Of a stretch of 64,000 nucleotides of DNA, positions 39,114 through 52,100 are shown in pieces; position 1 is the first letter of the stretch; each line of letters begins with the position of its first letter. Source of the DNA: Nymphaea colorata (taxonomy: Eukaryota); assembly GCF_008831285.2 (NCBI RefSeq), contig NC_045138.2, positions 558,001-622,000 of the forward strand. Direction: 5' to 3'. The notes below the pieces were generated by a model. That model was not told the DNA's origin. It worked only from the letters and a program-made list of their open reading frames with translations, and searched no databases. A program made the position numbers and the translations under genes.

Positions 39114-41809
39114 GGTTTCTCGTTCCATTGAAACCAGCCCGTTAATGTAATAGCTGGTAATATATATGTTCTTTTTTTATTAATTCATATATATATGTAT
39201 ATGGTGAGGAGGTTATGATAAATGAGATGTAATTAACCCAGATATGCCAAGTCTTTTCCGAAATCTATCGCAGCAATTGTGTTCATCGTGATCCCTTAAG
39301 AATAGAGATTGAGCTATCTTTAATGTCATAAAACAATAGTTATTCATATTTTCAGCAGGCATATATTCTAGAGGGAGAAATTGACTATTTCTCAGACCTG
39401 GCTTGCATGGGACTGTCCATTATAGTCCTGTTGTTCATGTAGCCTGGGATATAAAAATCCCAAAGCTGTCCTAAACGTTTGCATGCCTAGTGCCCTAGTC
39501 GTCCTTCCTATTCTTACTGTTCGCCAACTGCAGATTAGCATCATGATCCTTAACAGGAGTAATCACACCTGGTTTAAAGAGTGAACTTGACCAAAAAAAA
39601 AAAAATCTAGAACAAAGTATGAAGCAACTAACCAACTTTTAGAAAGGTGACTTTAATTGGTTGATTTATTTACTTAGTCAGTTATGCCAATCGATAGAGG
39701 TATGGTAGGGATCGCTTGAAGTGGTTCATGCGCCAATCCCACGAGGGTCCTATGTTCCTCTCTTCAAGCCTTTGGGTGCAAACCAAAATTGAAGCTTATT
39801 TTTCTAGTTGAAAGACCAAGTTCTTCGTTCTTCACATATTGATGAGTAGGTTAAGAAGGAAATCAAGACAAATCTTTTCTAATTACTGGTGATTATAAGT
39901 TCAATTCCGACAGGTCTCTATTTTTAGCTGGTATGGATCTCACCCGCTTGCATTAAGATTGCACAAGCCGAGGAGATCTAAGATTTTATTTTATGATATT
40001 AGATTCTTGATTTCTAATGAATATCTGAAACCTTACGTATGAAAGATGCAACGATACCACGCATTTGTAAACTTGGCTGTTGTAATTCATGGATCTCAGG
40101 TCATACCACTCTCATCTTGAACTTGGGACCCATGGATTTGAGTCAAAATTGTGATTTAAATCCGCAGTTCACAAATACTAACCTTGAGGTTAAAGTGAGC
40201 CTCTTGTTGAATCAGATTCTGAGTTCAAAGATATGGGATTATTAAACGCCTGTAACTGGGAAATGAAAGTTTGATTCGTTAATAAAATTTCTTCAGCACG
40301 GATTTTTGTTTCTTTCAAAGGTCGACCAAAAGAGATCTGATTTCAAAAGTTCGTTCTCCATGCTTGAAAGAGGACACTAAAATAACCCAACACACACTAA
40401 GAATCTTCAGAAATGCATTGAAGAAATTATCCTTTTGAAAAGGAAAGAAACTGTCCCCCGCTCTTTCAAGAGGTTGGTTGGCACAATGGCTTGAGGTGGG
40501 ACTCCATTCGAAATGCATCAATCTCATGCGCTGCGAAAATGAGGTCACCGATGGACAAGTTAAAGCACATCAGGAGCGACACTGCGAAGCATCGAAAACA
40601 ATTCCTAAGTGCTAGAGAAATAAGGGGTTGGGAGGGAGCTTCGCTAAGCGTTGGGTTTCTCCCTAGGAATAAACTTTTTAGGGTTCAAGAGATAGATCGT
40701 CTTAAGGGTATTAAGTCCATCAAATGTGGCGTTTAAAATAGTGCAATTTTCTTAATGCTTCACGTTTTATGTTAAAATCTATGAACAACAATCGTTTTGG
40801 ATACTCACTGCAGCGGAGAGCATAAACCCACAATGAGGAATGTCGATCGGTGGATTCTGAACCCGTTTGTCCAGCCCAGCAAAAAACCATGATCCAATTA
40901 ACAATTAATTCAGTACGAAATTCTGCATTCAAGCCCCCAGTTTAGTATTAGACTTTGCATAAATCTAAAATCTGAAAATGGTCCAAGTGTGACATTAGAG
41001 CCGTACAACTGATCAAGCGGGCTCAACTCGAACTCACGTATGTCGGCTCGCTCAAGCTCAACTAGTTTAATAAATGAGTTGAGCTCTTAATATGCACACT
41101 AACAGCATAGAAAATATCAATAATTGGATTTAATGAAATGTAAAAAGAAATAGTCGGTTTCTTTTCTCGTGAGGGCAAAGCATAAATCAGCTTACATACA
41201 GAGTTCTTACATTTTTAGCATGGTGTCAAGAAAGAAAAACGCCAGACAAGAATGTGATAAGGGTAGATCTTGCGAAAATAGATGCAGGTCCTAATAACTC
41301 GGCAACGTTTCATGTACCAAACCAAACAGTTTTGTTGTTACCAATCACACACACACACCAGGAACTACATACTCACCCAACCTATTGGAGATAAGAACCT
41401 AAAAACACCCCTTTTTTTGTTGAAAAAGGCCAGATTTGGAAAAGTCAGATCATTGGCTTGAACGCAACGAATACAACATCGAAAATTCATCTTTGATCTG
41501 CTTCTGAGAAGATCAACATACAGAGCTGCAGATACTGATACAGATCAACCACTGGCGTTTACACAAGTAGATATGCCACAGAAATCTCTGGATAAAGCTA
41601 TTTCAACTTTCCACCATGACAAGCCCAAGTTGTTGGAACAGTTGAACAAGTTGTGGGCAAATCTTGACATTTTCAGACTCCTAAAATGATAAAAAAGAAG
41701 AAAAAGACCGAACATTCATTTCATAAAGTCACAAAAAACATCATAATAAGAAAAACTGTACAAGAGTGGTAGAAAGGGGAAGCAAGTGAAAAACAAAATA
41801 ATAATATTT

Positions 41810-44293
41810 TCATATATTGTAGGCATCCCAATCATAACTTGGTTGGGAGAAAACCTCATAATCTGTTGGTCCATCCACAACAGTATCAACTGTCTGCATC
41901 CCATCCAACAGAAATGGTTGAAACCCGTCATTCCTTGAAGGTACAAGTTTATACAGGAGTAATATTCCACAGGTGAAGACAGCCTGCAACCTTGCGGAGT
42001 CTCCACGAACCGAAAAAAATAAAAGCATAGACAAGAGGAATAGAACTACACACAGTCGCATGATGCACAATACACTATCCATGAGCTTTCCATCATTGCC
42101 TGCTGGGAAACCACGCACTCTGTAAATGAACAGAAAGTTATACTTGTCCACAATATACCTATATCCGAAGTAGAATGCACCAACTGGAACAACAAGTGGC
42201 GCAAACGAAGAATATATCATGGTCAGGGCAAATATTGTCAGATTGAACGCATAGTACTGTGCAAAATCAAAAGCCTGTTCTGGTACATGAAGATTTCTGC
42301 TGATTGGATAGACGCAAAGGTCTTGACCTTGAAGATCAATGCCATTCAGGCCATGGCCATTGGAGATGCTATACAAACCATTCTCTCTTTCAGATATGAG
42401 GGGTCTTCGCAGAATGTCTTCTGGGCTTTCTGAAAGGTCGTTCTCATTCTGTTCTGGAACCAGTTGAAGCATGTCATTCTTTTTGAACTTTTGCAGCTTC
42501 CTTTTGATCCAAGGGATTGGAGCCAGTAAATCATACGAAATGCCCAAAAACGTGCTTGTAATAAGAAATGCAAGGGAAGATAAACAAGAGCGTGAAAGGA
42601 ATGAAGCACTCATGTACTGCTCTATTCTCTTACAATCTTCACCATCCAGATAACAACGACCCATCCGAAGTAAAGTACTCTCCAAAGATGACTCCAACAA
42701 CGCACGCAACAGTATCAAATTCACAAGAAAGAAGCAAACCATTTTCAGCAGGGAAGCCCGCTGCTCCCCTGACACAGTCAAATGCCGTTCAAACTTTGAA
42801 AGTGAGCAAAGTGCTGAAGGTATTACTATATACATGCTCACGAATATTAAAACATTTGGAAGAAACTGAAGAACTACTGCTGCAGCCCAGCTTGTCGCCT
42901 GCACCCAATCCAACCAACGTTGAGCATTGTCCATGGCCTCTGCATCAATAATCCGCCCAGCACTTTTCACAGCACTAATTATAGCAAGGGGAGAGCTGCA
43001 GAATAAGAGCAATAACAACAAACAAGTGTTCACTGCCACTCTGCGGATCTTCAATGAAATCTTGCTCATACCCATGTGGTTCCAATATATATCTGATGCT
43101 GGTGGAGCTCTCTCAACTTTCCATCTACTTCTCCCGAGCTGCAATTCCATCACAGGAACGAACCTCCCAATTGGTCTCTTCTTTTCCATTCTAAGATCTT
43201 GGATTGCTTTGTTTGTGGAGTATATATCTTTGAAGATAACGAAGGCAATACCAGCACCCTCGGCCCTACCTTCTTTGAAGAGGGCTATTTCAACCCCTAA
43301 CTTCCTTTCTGCCTCTTGCAACCTTTGCAGTTTCTGTTCGTCAGTAAGACCTAGTGTAACAACAGCCCATTTCCAAAGCTCCCGCATATTCAGCATGAAT
43401 TGCTCGTACAACTGCTTGCATCGTGCAGAATTGTCGTTGTCATGCCAATGTAGCACTTCAGAAGGAGAGAACTCTGCACCATCTTCTCCATGATCATCCC
43501 CAAGGGAATATTCTCTTCTTTCGAATGCTGCGGCAGAATCAAGACGAGCTTGCAACCATGATATGTCATTCCTAACCTTTACCAACTCTGCCATCATGTC
43601 GTCCAGCGAGCACAAATTTAATGGCACAATGACCTTGTACACCTTTCCAGGATACTTGTGTAAGAAGTAGTCTTCAAGAGGTCGCCTATCCACAGCAAGT
43701 CCCCTCGGTATTCCCTCGATCATGACCGTGAAGACAGATACAGAGTTCACCGTAGGCGTCCCGTCGTGGAAACGTGTAGTGCTCAATCGATCCTCCAGAG
43801 TCAAGATCCCGAAATGAACCACGCAAACAACCAAAATCATATAAAAGACGTGTACCCATAAAAGGGAGGATCCCTTCGCGATGTGATTAATGGTGGTCTT
43901 CGAGAACTGATCATCCATCAACACAGTACCTCCATAAAGATTCAACGGAAGAATCAACCCCAGTGCGAAAACTGCAATAACAAGCAGCATAACGAAGCTC
44001 CCACCCTCGATGTACAAGAATTGGGCGGCATTGGCGCCGCAATGCCGAGCGATCTGCTGGCTCGTGGTGTGCCAAACAGCGAGAAGCTTTGCAAAGAGGC
44101 CGGAAGGACTGGGCATGCGGTGGTCGCTCCTGAGCTTAACGAACAAGAAAAGAGCCACGCAACAAAACGCCCCGACCGCGGAGATGTTGAGAAGGTACTG
44201 TATATTCCCATACCAAGCGCCGTTGATGCCGGGCTCGTCCGGCGGAGAAGGAGATGGAGGAAGAGCAATACTCGCATTCACTGAATTCTCCAT
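41810..44293 (-). CDS. OSCA4.1: CSC1/OSCA family channel-like membrane protein, OSCA4.1/GFS10 (At4g35870)-like, 827 aa
   Basis: Single long ORF with [45 protein letters not shown] and [12 protein letters not shown], plus many hydrophobic segments. An intronless CDS fits clade 4. Confidence 0.93.
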   Translation of the reverse strand: MENSVNASIALPPSPSPPDEPGINGAWYGNIQYLLNISAVGAFCCVALFLFVKLRSDHRMPSPSGLFAKLLAVWHTTSQQIARHCGANAAQFLYIEGGSFVMLLVIAVFALGLILPLNLYGGTVLMDDQFSKTTINHIAKGSSLLWVHVFYMILVVCVVHFGILTLEDRLSTTRFHDGTPTVNSVSVFTVMIEGIPRGLAVDRRPLEDYFLHKYPGKVYKVIVPLNLCSLDDMMAELVKVRNDISWLQARLDSAAAFERREYSLGDDHGEDGAEFSPSEVLHWHDNDNSARCKQLYEQFMLNMRELWKWAVVTLGLTDEQKLQRLQEAERKLGVEIALFKEGRAEGAGIAFVIFKDIYSTNKAIQDLRMEKKRPIGRFVPVMELQLGRSRWKVERAPPASDIYWNHMGMSKISLKIRRVAVNTCLLLLLLFCSSPLAIISAVKSAGRIIDAEAMDNAQRWLDWVQATSWAAAVVLQFLPNVLIFVSMYIVIPSALCSLSKFERHLTVSGEQRASLLKMVCFFLVNLILLRALLESSLESTLLRMGRCYLDGEDCKRIEQYMSASFLSRSCLSSLAFLITSTFLGISYDLLAPIPWIKRKLQKFKKNDMLQLVPEQNENDLSESPEDILRRPLISERENGLYSISNGHGLNGIDLQGQDLCVYPISRNLHVPEQAFDFAQYYAFNLTIFALTMIYSSFAPLVVPVGAFYFGYRYIVDKYNFLFIYRVRGFPAGNDGKLMDSVLCIMRLCVVLFLLSMLLFFSVRGDSARLQAVFTCGILLLYKLVPSRNDGFQPFLLDGMQTVDTVVDGPTDYEVFSQPSYDWDAYNI

Positions 44294-46180
44294 ATCCGCA
44301 CACCCAAAACCTATCTAATGATTAAAATCAACCATAAAATCGAGCAAGCAACCGACGAGGATCCAACCAACTTCGAAAATCCTCCACTACCAATCCACCA
44401 CCTCCGCGATTCACACAAAGACATAGATAAAATCAAAGAAACCCCCAATTTCACGAGGAAAACTGATCGAAGAACAACACGAATCAACAAACTAGAGAAC
44501 CCCAACAAATTATCTCAATGAAACGATCATGCCAGAGGTGAAAGAAAAGAACCTCTATTTCGTTTTTACCTCCTGGACGTAATTGCCGATTCATCGATCG
44601 ATTTAGGGTTCTTGAGAAGAACGGGAAGCAACAGAAAAGAGGAGGTGCTGGAAGGCCTGTGGTTCCAAGCCCCATTTATTTTCCTGTGGGGCACTCGGAA
44701 GAGCCTTGATATGGTAGGGAACTTCCCATTGTAGCCACCATGTGGATGAGATCACGTAAAGCTCCACTCAACGTAAATGCCAGACCGCATATTTGCATTT
44801 GATAATAGGAATGTAAACTATTCCAATATAAGAATCTGATGTTGGATTTGGATCCAAATTTAAGTAGCTCTATTTGATAACAATTCTCATTTGGCTAGTA
44901 ATTATTAATTAGAAATGCTGATGATATTGGTGTAAGTATCGTATCGGTTTGCTCATTAATACGGCATATCAGCCAATATCCCTGCTGATCTGCCTCTCCG
45001 ATTTTAATAACATTCGCAACCACTTCCAAATTTAAGAGATAGAAATTCATTCTTTAAGGACGTCTAAATTCGATTGCATGTAAAGATGACCACGATTGTG
45101 GTGTTGCATGTTTTAGCATTCAAACTACTTTAAGAATCGGCTTGAATCGGTTGATCCGAATCAAATAGGTGGCAAACCGATCCAATAGACCAATTCAAAA
45201 GTGGCACATGTGACCTTTTTATTTTTTTTATTTTACAAAAAATCTTTCCTTTTTTTCTAATTCACAATTCACCAAACTGGCAGCTTCATAGATTCAAAAA
45301 CTGATCTCTACAAACCAATTTTTGACTTGAAAAGACTCCACTAAACACGCAATGTGCTCTACCATTATAAGGCATAGTGCCCATGGAAATCAGTCGATGG
45401 ACGAAATGCTTCTCTTATTTCTCAACTCTTGAAGCACCTTTTGATAGGATGTCCGGTTAACAACAGCAGAGTAAGAATTTTTTTTCCTGAAATAGGCCTT
45501 GTATTGTTGACCCAGTGAAATATTTCAAGAGACCACATCTAGCTCCGCTACGATGCCTTTTTGCGCAACATTCTTAGTTCTTACTTCATTAAAAGTATAG
45601 GTGCCTTAACATCTTAACATACCAAGCATCCTACCATATAGTATTTTATAGATATACCTAGACACTAACCACACTTTTTCATTATGTGGGAAACATCACT
45701 ATCTCTTAGTCACAAAAGAAAATTTTGGAATTGGGAATTTGACTTTTTAAGAGAATCTTTCATCCAGAAAAGCAAAATAACGGATATTCCCTCTGAAAAA
45801 TATATTCGCTTGAAGGTTTTATACTTCTTAGTGTGAGCATAATTTTCGGCTTTTCAAGTGACCTAAAGTTGCTTTTTGATAAGTTTATTAATAAATATGA
45901 ACTGAATGTCTTACCACCAATAGAATTGATAACAAGAATTATAAAAATTTTAATGTGTAGCATGGATTTCATTAGTCGATGAATTCAGTCAGCTAATTAA
46001 TATCTCTTTATGGTTCCTTTTCCAGGGCGTGTTACAAATCATGTTTTACTCCAAGACCTCTTTAACCATGTACCCAAAATCTCTCTCTCTCTCCTGTATA
46101 TATTTATATAACTACATTATACAGCAAATAGGAGCTGGAAAATTACACAACTACATAAAGAATAAAAAGAATTGCAATAA

Positions 46181-49100
46181 TTAGTGCCTGACAGATACAA
46201 AGCATAGAGCCACCTCTGCTTGGGCCTGGAGTTCAGCTAAAACCTTTGTCAGTTTGTCACGACATACCGTCTGATCACTATCATCGCGAAGCATTTGCCG
46301 CAACCTGTACAAATTCATGTGTCATCTTTAGTATCCATCCAATGGAATGATTGTCAACATCAAATACTGTACAGAAAGGAAACGCATGTGCTCATTAAGG
46401 GGACACAGAATAGGGGAAATTATGATTTGAGGCTTCTTCAGAAACATTTGCGAACAGTGAAATGTAAACCTCTTTCTTGCGCATTTGCAATCTAAACTGA
46501 GCCAAGACATCAACTATGACTAATCCCAAGGATCCAACGAGCACCACCAGGATTTTGTCAATCACAGCTTCAACCAAGAGATGAAAACAACGTTCAATGG
46601 AACCAAACACAATAGTCCAGACTGCATCAAAACACAATCCAAACATTCTGTTAAGGACACTACTTCTGAACCTTCCATGACCTTTGTAACCAAACGCTCC
46701 ATTTGTATACAAGCAATCAAGCATCCTGTCATTGGGTACTCGATCCTTCAACCTTTCATTTATCTAAAACTCTTCATCTCGTCCTTCTACGTAGCCAAAC
46801 TGGAGAAAAACCCAGCGGCCTTTGTCACTTGCCTTCTAGAAACACAAGGAATTCTCAGACACGACAGTCTTCAGCTGGGTTATATGGACAAGATGGATGT
46901 CATTAAGAAATCGCTCACCTTACATATGCCAATCGAACTGGAACTACAGAGAAATAAAAGTCTAGTGAATCTATGACAAGGTGATGTCACTACCGTAAGC
47001 CACAACAGATCACTTTTGCAAGAACATTAAACACAATCCACAAACACAGAATAGCGAAAGCAAAGAGCAGTGAATAGACCTCACTACACATGAATCTTAC
47101 CTCTGGACGATGGCGATATTTCCATGACCAGTTGACAGAATAAACAGAGAATTTGTAGGCAATGCATTATAAAGACTCTGTATTCTAGTGTCCAAGCGAG
47201 TTAGTATTTCCTTGAGTTCAGGTGTGATACAACTTTCAACCAAGCTCTTGTGTCCAGAGTTGTCATTGCAGGTCATCAAAGAGATCATTTCCGCAATTTG
47301 AGCACCTAGCTTTTTATCATCCTTTGCTTGCTTGGTAAAGTAGCTATTTAACTCTGAGAATTGGGCCCAAATGAAATTAATTCTCTCATTGTTTAACTGC
47401 AATAAAAAAAAACATATTTGTGATTATAGTAATTAAACATGAAAGCATGTGAATACTCAAAATTTTGAAATGGTATAAAGTATAAACCTCTTTTTTTGCC
47501 TTTCCAAGAGCATCTTCATCTGAAACGACAGAGATTGCATGGCATGGCCCAATTGCATAACGTTTCAGCACAGAACTATCATCAATTAGAGAAGAAGTCT
47601 GACCATTTTCACTTAAAAGTGAGACCAATTTCTTCCTCAAAACTGGGGTGTGGGAACCTAATTCAGGACCTACAACAAATAAAACCGTAGATTATTGAGA
47701 TAGAAATGCAAATGCTGACGTTTCCTATGGATGTGTATGACATACTAACATAAGACTCACAAAGACCTGGAAGTCGTAAGAATTTAGCTGAAGCCACAAC
47801 ATTCTAATAAGAGGACAACAACTATTTTTATAAAAAATGAACAAGAACATAAATTAATATATTTTATGCTGTTCAGGTTAAAAAGAAAAGGATTTATTGA
47901 AAGTTGAAATGCACAAACAATTTGGATTCCCGTTAGAATCATCCTTCAAGTAGAAAAGCAATTTCCCACTGACACCTATACTATAGTGTTTTATTCCCTT
48001 GTGTGCACTATGATCTCAGGATTATTTTGTTCTTTCCTCTGAATGTTCTGCTCTTGTCATTGTCGACGATCAATAAAGGGAGGAACTTTACATAATCTCG
48101 AATACACCTCTGCACTATCCTCGTTCTTGATTTTTTTTTTTTTTTGGAAAAGAAAAAAATCAAAATTATATAAAAAAGGAAAAGAAAACAGTGAGATTTT
48201 AGATGGCTGATGCATGAAATATCTTCATCCCTGCAATTTTACCACTGAAAGAATTCTATATAGATAGATTATAGCTTGCATAATTAACTCCAATCTAAAA
48301 TAAGCAACTCTTAGAAATCTTGGCTTCCATCTAGAACCAGATGAATCACCATAAAATGCAACACTACAAAAATTAATTTTGTTTTCAAGAAGAATGCTTA
48401 TCGTGGTTGTGATCCATAAGCTCAATATCTCATGATTTGTCACACAGCTTTTTTGTACTGGCAAGTCCTTCAATTTGTCAATGCACATTCAACCGCTTAT
48501 AATTGCATTATCAGTACCAACTACAAGACCAATCATCATTTTTGAAAATTTCATCTAAAGTAATTCAATCTAGAATAGGCCAAAGAAATACAACCATAGC
48601 ATCAACCAAAAAAAGCAAAAAAAAAAAAAACCTTTACCATATTTGATCTTTAGCAACACCAAGTCCATGGCAGCTCTTGCATCTTCAACACTATCATGCC
48701 CAGATGCAGATTTTTGAATCTCTCGAGAAAGAAACTTCCTTGCAAGAACTCGAAGTGCAGATTTGAAATGGGCGCCACGAGGATGCTTATAGAGGATAGC
48801 TGTATCTATCACCATCTTATGTGAGATCTTCAAGGCTAAAAGGTCATTCTCTAACGAATGACCAACAAGTATGGTATCCTTGCAAACAAGTTTTAGAAAC
48901 TCTTCCTGATACAATTGACAAAAAAACAACAATAAGCATTAGCCAGTATAAACACTAATATATTGACAAAAGCAATCATAGCTTGACAAAATAAAATGCA
49001 AGTATCTATTAAGGTGACCTGAATTTAACCTGAACATCTTGTAGAGTTGTAGTCACAGCACTGAGCATTTCACAAGTTATCCCACTAAATCTGCACAACT

Positions 49101-52100
49101 TCAACAAGCTCACAATGTAAAACAAAGAAAGTAAATGCCAAAAGAAGTAAAGAACTTCAAAAGGAAAAAAAAAAAGGATATGCCATGCATATTTCCCCAA
49201 CAATCATAACAGCTGCTAAGAAACTTTCAGATGAAAAAAATTTATGGATTTTACATTTGACCATCCGTGGTGGTCGGAAGAAAAAAAAAGCAGAGAATGA
49301 AAGAAACACACACTTCCAAACAACAATTGGAGATATTGTAAGTTAGCTTTGACTATTACAAACTTGCCAAAACTGCAACCGATATTAATTGGGGTTCAGT
49401 TTAAACACCATAACAAATAATTCTGTGTTCTCAGAATGAAATATTGTTCACAAACCAGGCTAGTGACTTGGATGGGACAAACTATCACCATATGATGAAC
49501 TGTGGGGACTCAACAAAGTTGGGCATTCCAATGCCTACAAATCTATATGTTTAGATTATTAAGTGCCATAACTTCCATTTCTAGAATACTTGAGTCCGAT
49601 GCTTCTAGTTCTCATGTTGCAACCTTCTATCATTTGTTACCAAATGTCTATTAACAAATACTGCACAATAAGCATGTTTATGTCTAAAAAAATTACCTTC
49701 TGCATATTAGGATGCTAAAAGCCATGCCCGTGTCAGGATGATAAGCACAGCCAAAATGGGGGGTCGTCATAAAAAAGGAATCAAACCAGAAATACAAAAG
49801 AAAAATAAAGACGGATTTATTAAAATTTTAATCAGAATGGAGAAAAATATGTGCAGTAAAATAGGATCACATACAACAATAGCATAGGAAATAAAATACT
49901 AAAAAAATCCACTACTAGATGAAAGAAAGTAATATAAATGTCATATATGAGTTTATGGTGGCCCCTATAATGGACTGGTGTTGGTCAGGTTTAAGGGCAC
50001 CCACAACCATGTCACATGGGTGTAGAATGCAGGTGCTGGTGTGGGTGCGGACGTGGTTGTGGCAATTTTCAAAAAATTTAGGTGTGGATGTTAATATATA
50101 TATATACATTAAATCATTACAAACATTTGTATTAGGGCTAGTTTAATTGGGTGTGCATCTAAAATAATCAGCTTTGGCCTAGTTCAGCTGATCGCAGCAG
50201 CCATGCCATGTTGGAGTGACACCAGCACCCGTGTTGCATCGACGCGAGTGCAGCAGCTCTTTAGAAGCACCCATGTGACATAGCCACAAAATCTTTATGG
50301 ATAGAACGAACTATATGCATTCTAAACTATTGTGCTCAAGACACAACAGTCACAAATTTCTCTTGAAGAATATTCCTACATTGAAGCTTTTGAGTTGTGA
50401 AGTTGTGAACTAACTCTTGCTGTGCAAGTGACTGGAATTTGACTGCAATCTTCTGAGCCAGATCAACGTAATTGGAGAGCCATGTTCAACATTTATACTT
50501 GGGGTTCAACATGCAAGGACACGTCCATTAAATGCATTTTGACATCCCTTGTATAGTGGAGAAGAACTCAACAGTCTTACATTGAACATTTTGAGAAATC
50601 TTGATAACTTTATATACCTGACTTGTGCTACCAAATGTTTTGGCCTGCTAGATACAGGGTGACATACTTGGTCAGTTTCAGACCATGTTTTACACCCTTA
50701 ACATCATCTCAGCCATTTTTTCAGGAGTTTCTTGGTCAAAAAATATTTTGTATTACCTAATGATATCATTATTGGTGACGATTTTAATCAACATCTGATT
50801 ATTTACAAGCATTATGATATGCCATGAGATATTCACTTGTCATTTTTATGTACCGCAAGACTTTGATCTATAACAATTACAATATGTCTTTTCTTTGCAG
50901 TAATGGAGATTATCTAACTCAAAAGTACGATCCTAACAGTGAATTTAGATTCTCATTTCCATGTGAAGAATGCAACATCTTAAGATTTAAGCTGGAAAAA
51001 TAGTTGTGTTTGTGAATCGTTCTAAAGCCTCAACTCCATCGCTGTTACAGCAAGTTCAAATAACTTCAAACATCTGAATAGCAAAATAAAATTAATAACC
51101 AGTGGTTAGCAAAATAAAATTAATGTGATTGTGAAACAAAGCTGAAGGTGTGTGAATGCCAACAATTTATATACACTTCTCATAATAGAGAGTATAAACT
51201 GTGCTCTGCAGGAAAGAAAATATAGAGTTGGATTCATAAGAATTTTTTTTCCATTGCTAGCTAAATGCATAGCTGGTACCACAAAGGACATTAGTTCTAT
51301 TTATGGCTAATGTATGATAATATATGTACTGCAACCGTAGGACAGCCTCCAAACAACAACCCAGTCATGACATGGGTAGGCCCACGACAAAGTTGGATGC
51401 CCTTATGATTAAACCTGCAACAACTATAGAAGCATTTTGGGGCCAGTCCACTTTTCAGGTTCATCATTAGAGGTGGGAACCAAATAAGGACTCAATCCAG
51501 GTGGATTCCTCACAAAGCTTTAAAGAAGAAGAAGAAGAAGAAGTGCTCAATGCACTTACATGAGAAAAAAGAAGTAAAGCCTGCCTAAACAGAAATAACA
51601 CATGCACCATGAAATGTCATCCATAATTAACTCAAAAATGATGAGTGTTGCTTGCACAAGCATACAACCAAGAAGAAAACAAAACCCATTCACCTAGAAA
51701 AAACATTTCTATTTCCCAAATTACCTTGTGTTATAGTCAACAATACTGTTAGAAGGCTTAACCAGCTTATCAAGCACCACCTGCAACAATGTGGGTTTAA
51801 AATATTTAAGTTCACATACAATGAACAAACAGAACTGGCAAAAACATAAAGCAAATAAAGTTTTGTATGTCAACACCTGTAAAAAGATGAGCTGATGTGC
51901 AAACAAAGTGCACATGCTATAAAGCTTGTAGGTTTAGCTTAGATTGGACCAGCATTTTAGCAGTTTCCAGAATGTATAAATATAAAGCTAGAATTATTAG
52001 ATTACAAGTTTCCGCACTTCACTGTTTGTTCCCCTTTTTTTGTGTTTCTTCTGTCATTGTTAGAGAGTTGGACAAATCTTTGTTCAGATTTTTAGCTTGC

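Noticed and set aside
40470..40530. Pol III A-box-like TGGCACAATGG suggesting a tRNA or SINE
   Set aside because: No convincing B box, cloverleaf, tail or TSD.
37660..44318. Alternative-frame and antisense ORFs (up to 188 aa) overlapping the GRAS and OSCA genes
   Set aside because: Shadow ORFs of long coding regions with no recognisable domains.
46395..46976. 118-aa and 131-aa ORFs in the last SDN5 intron as a nested gene
   Set aside because: The 118-aa ORF has a non-ATG start, neither has a recognisable motif, and the flanking SDN5 exons join in phase without them.
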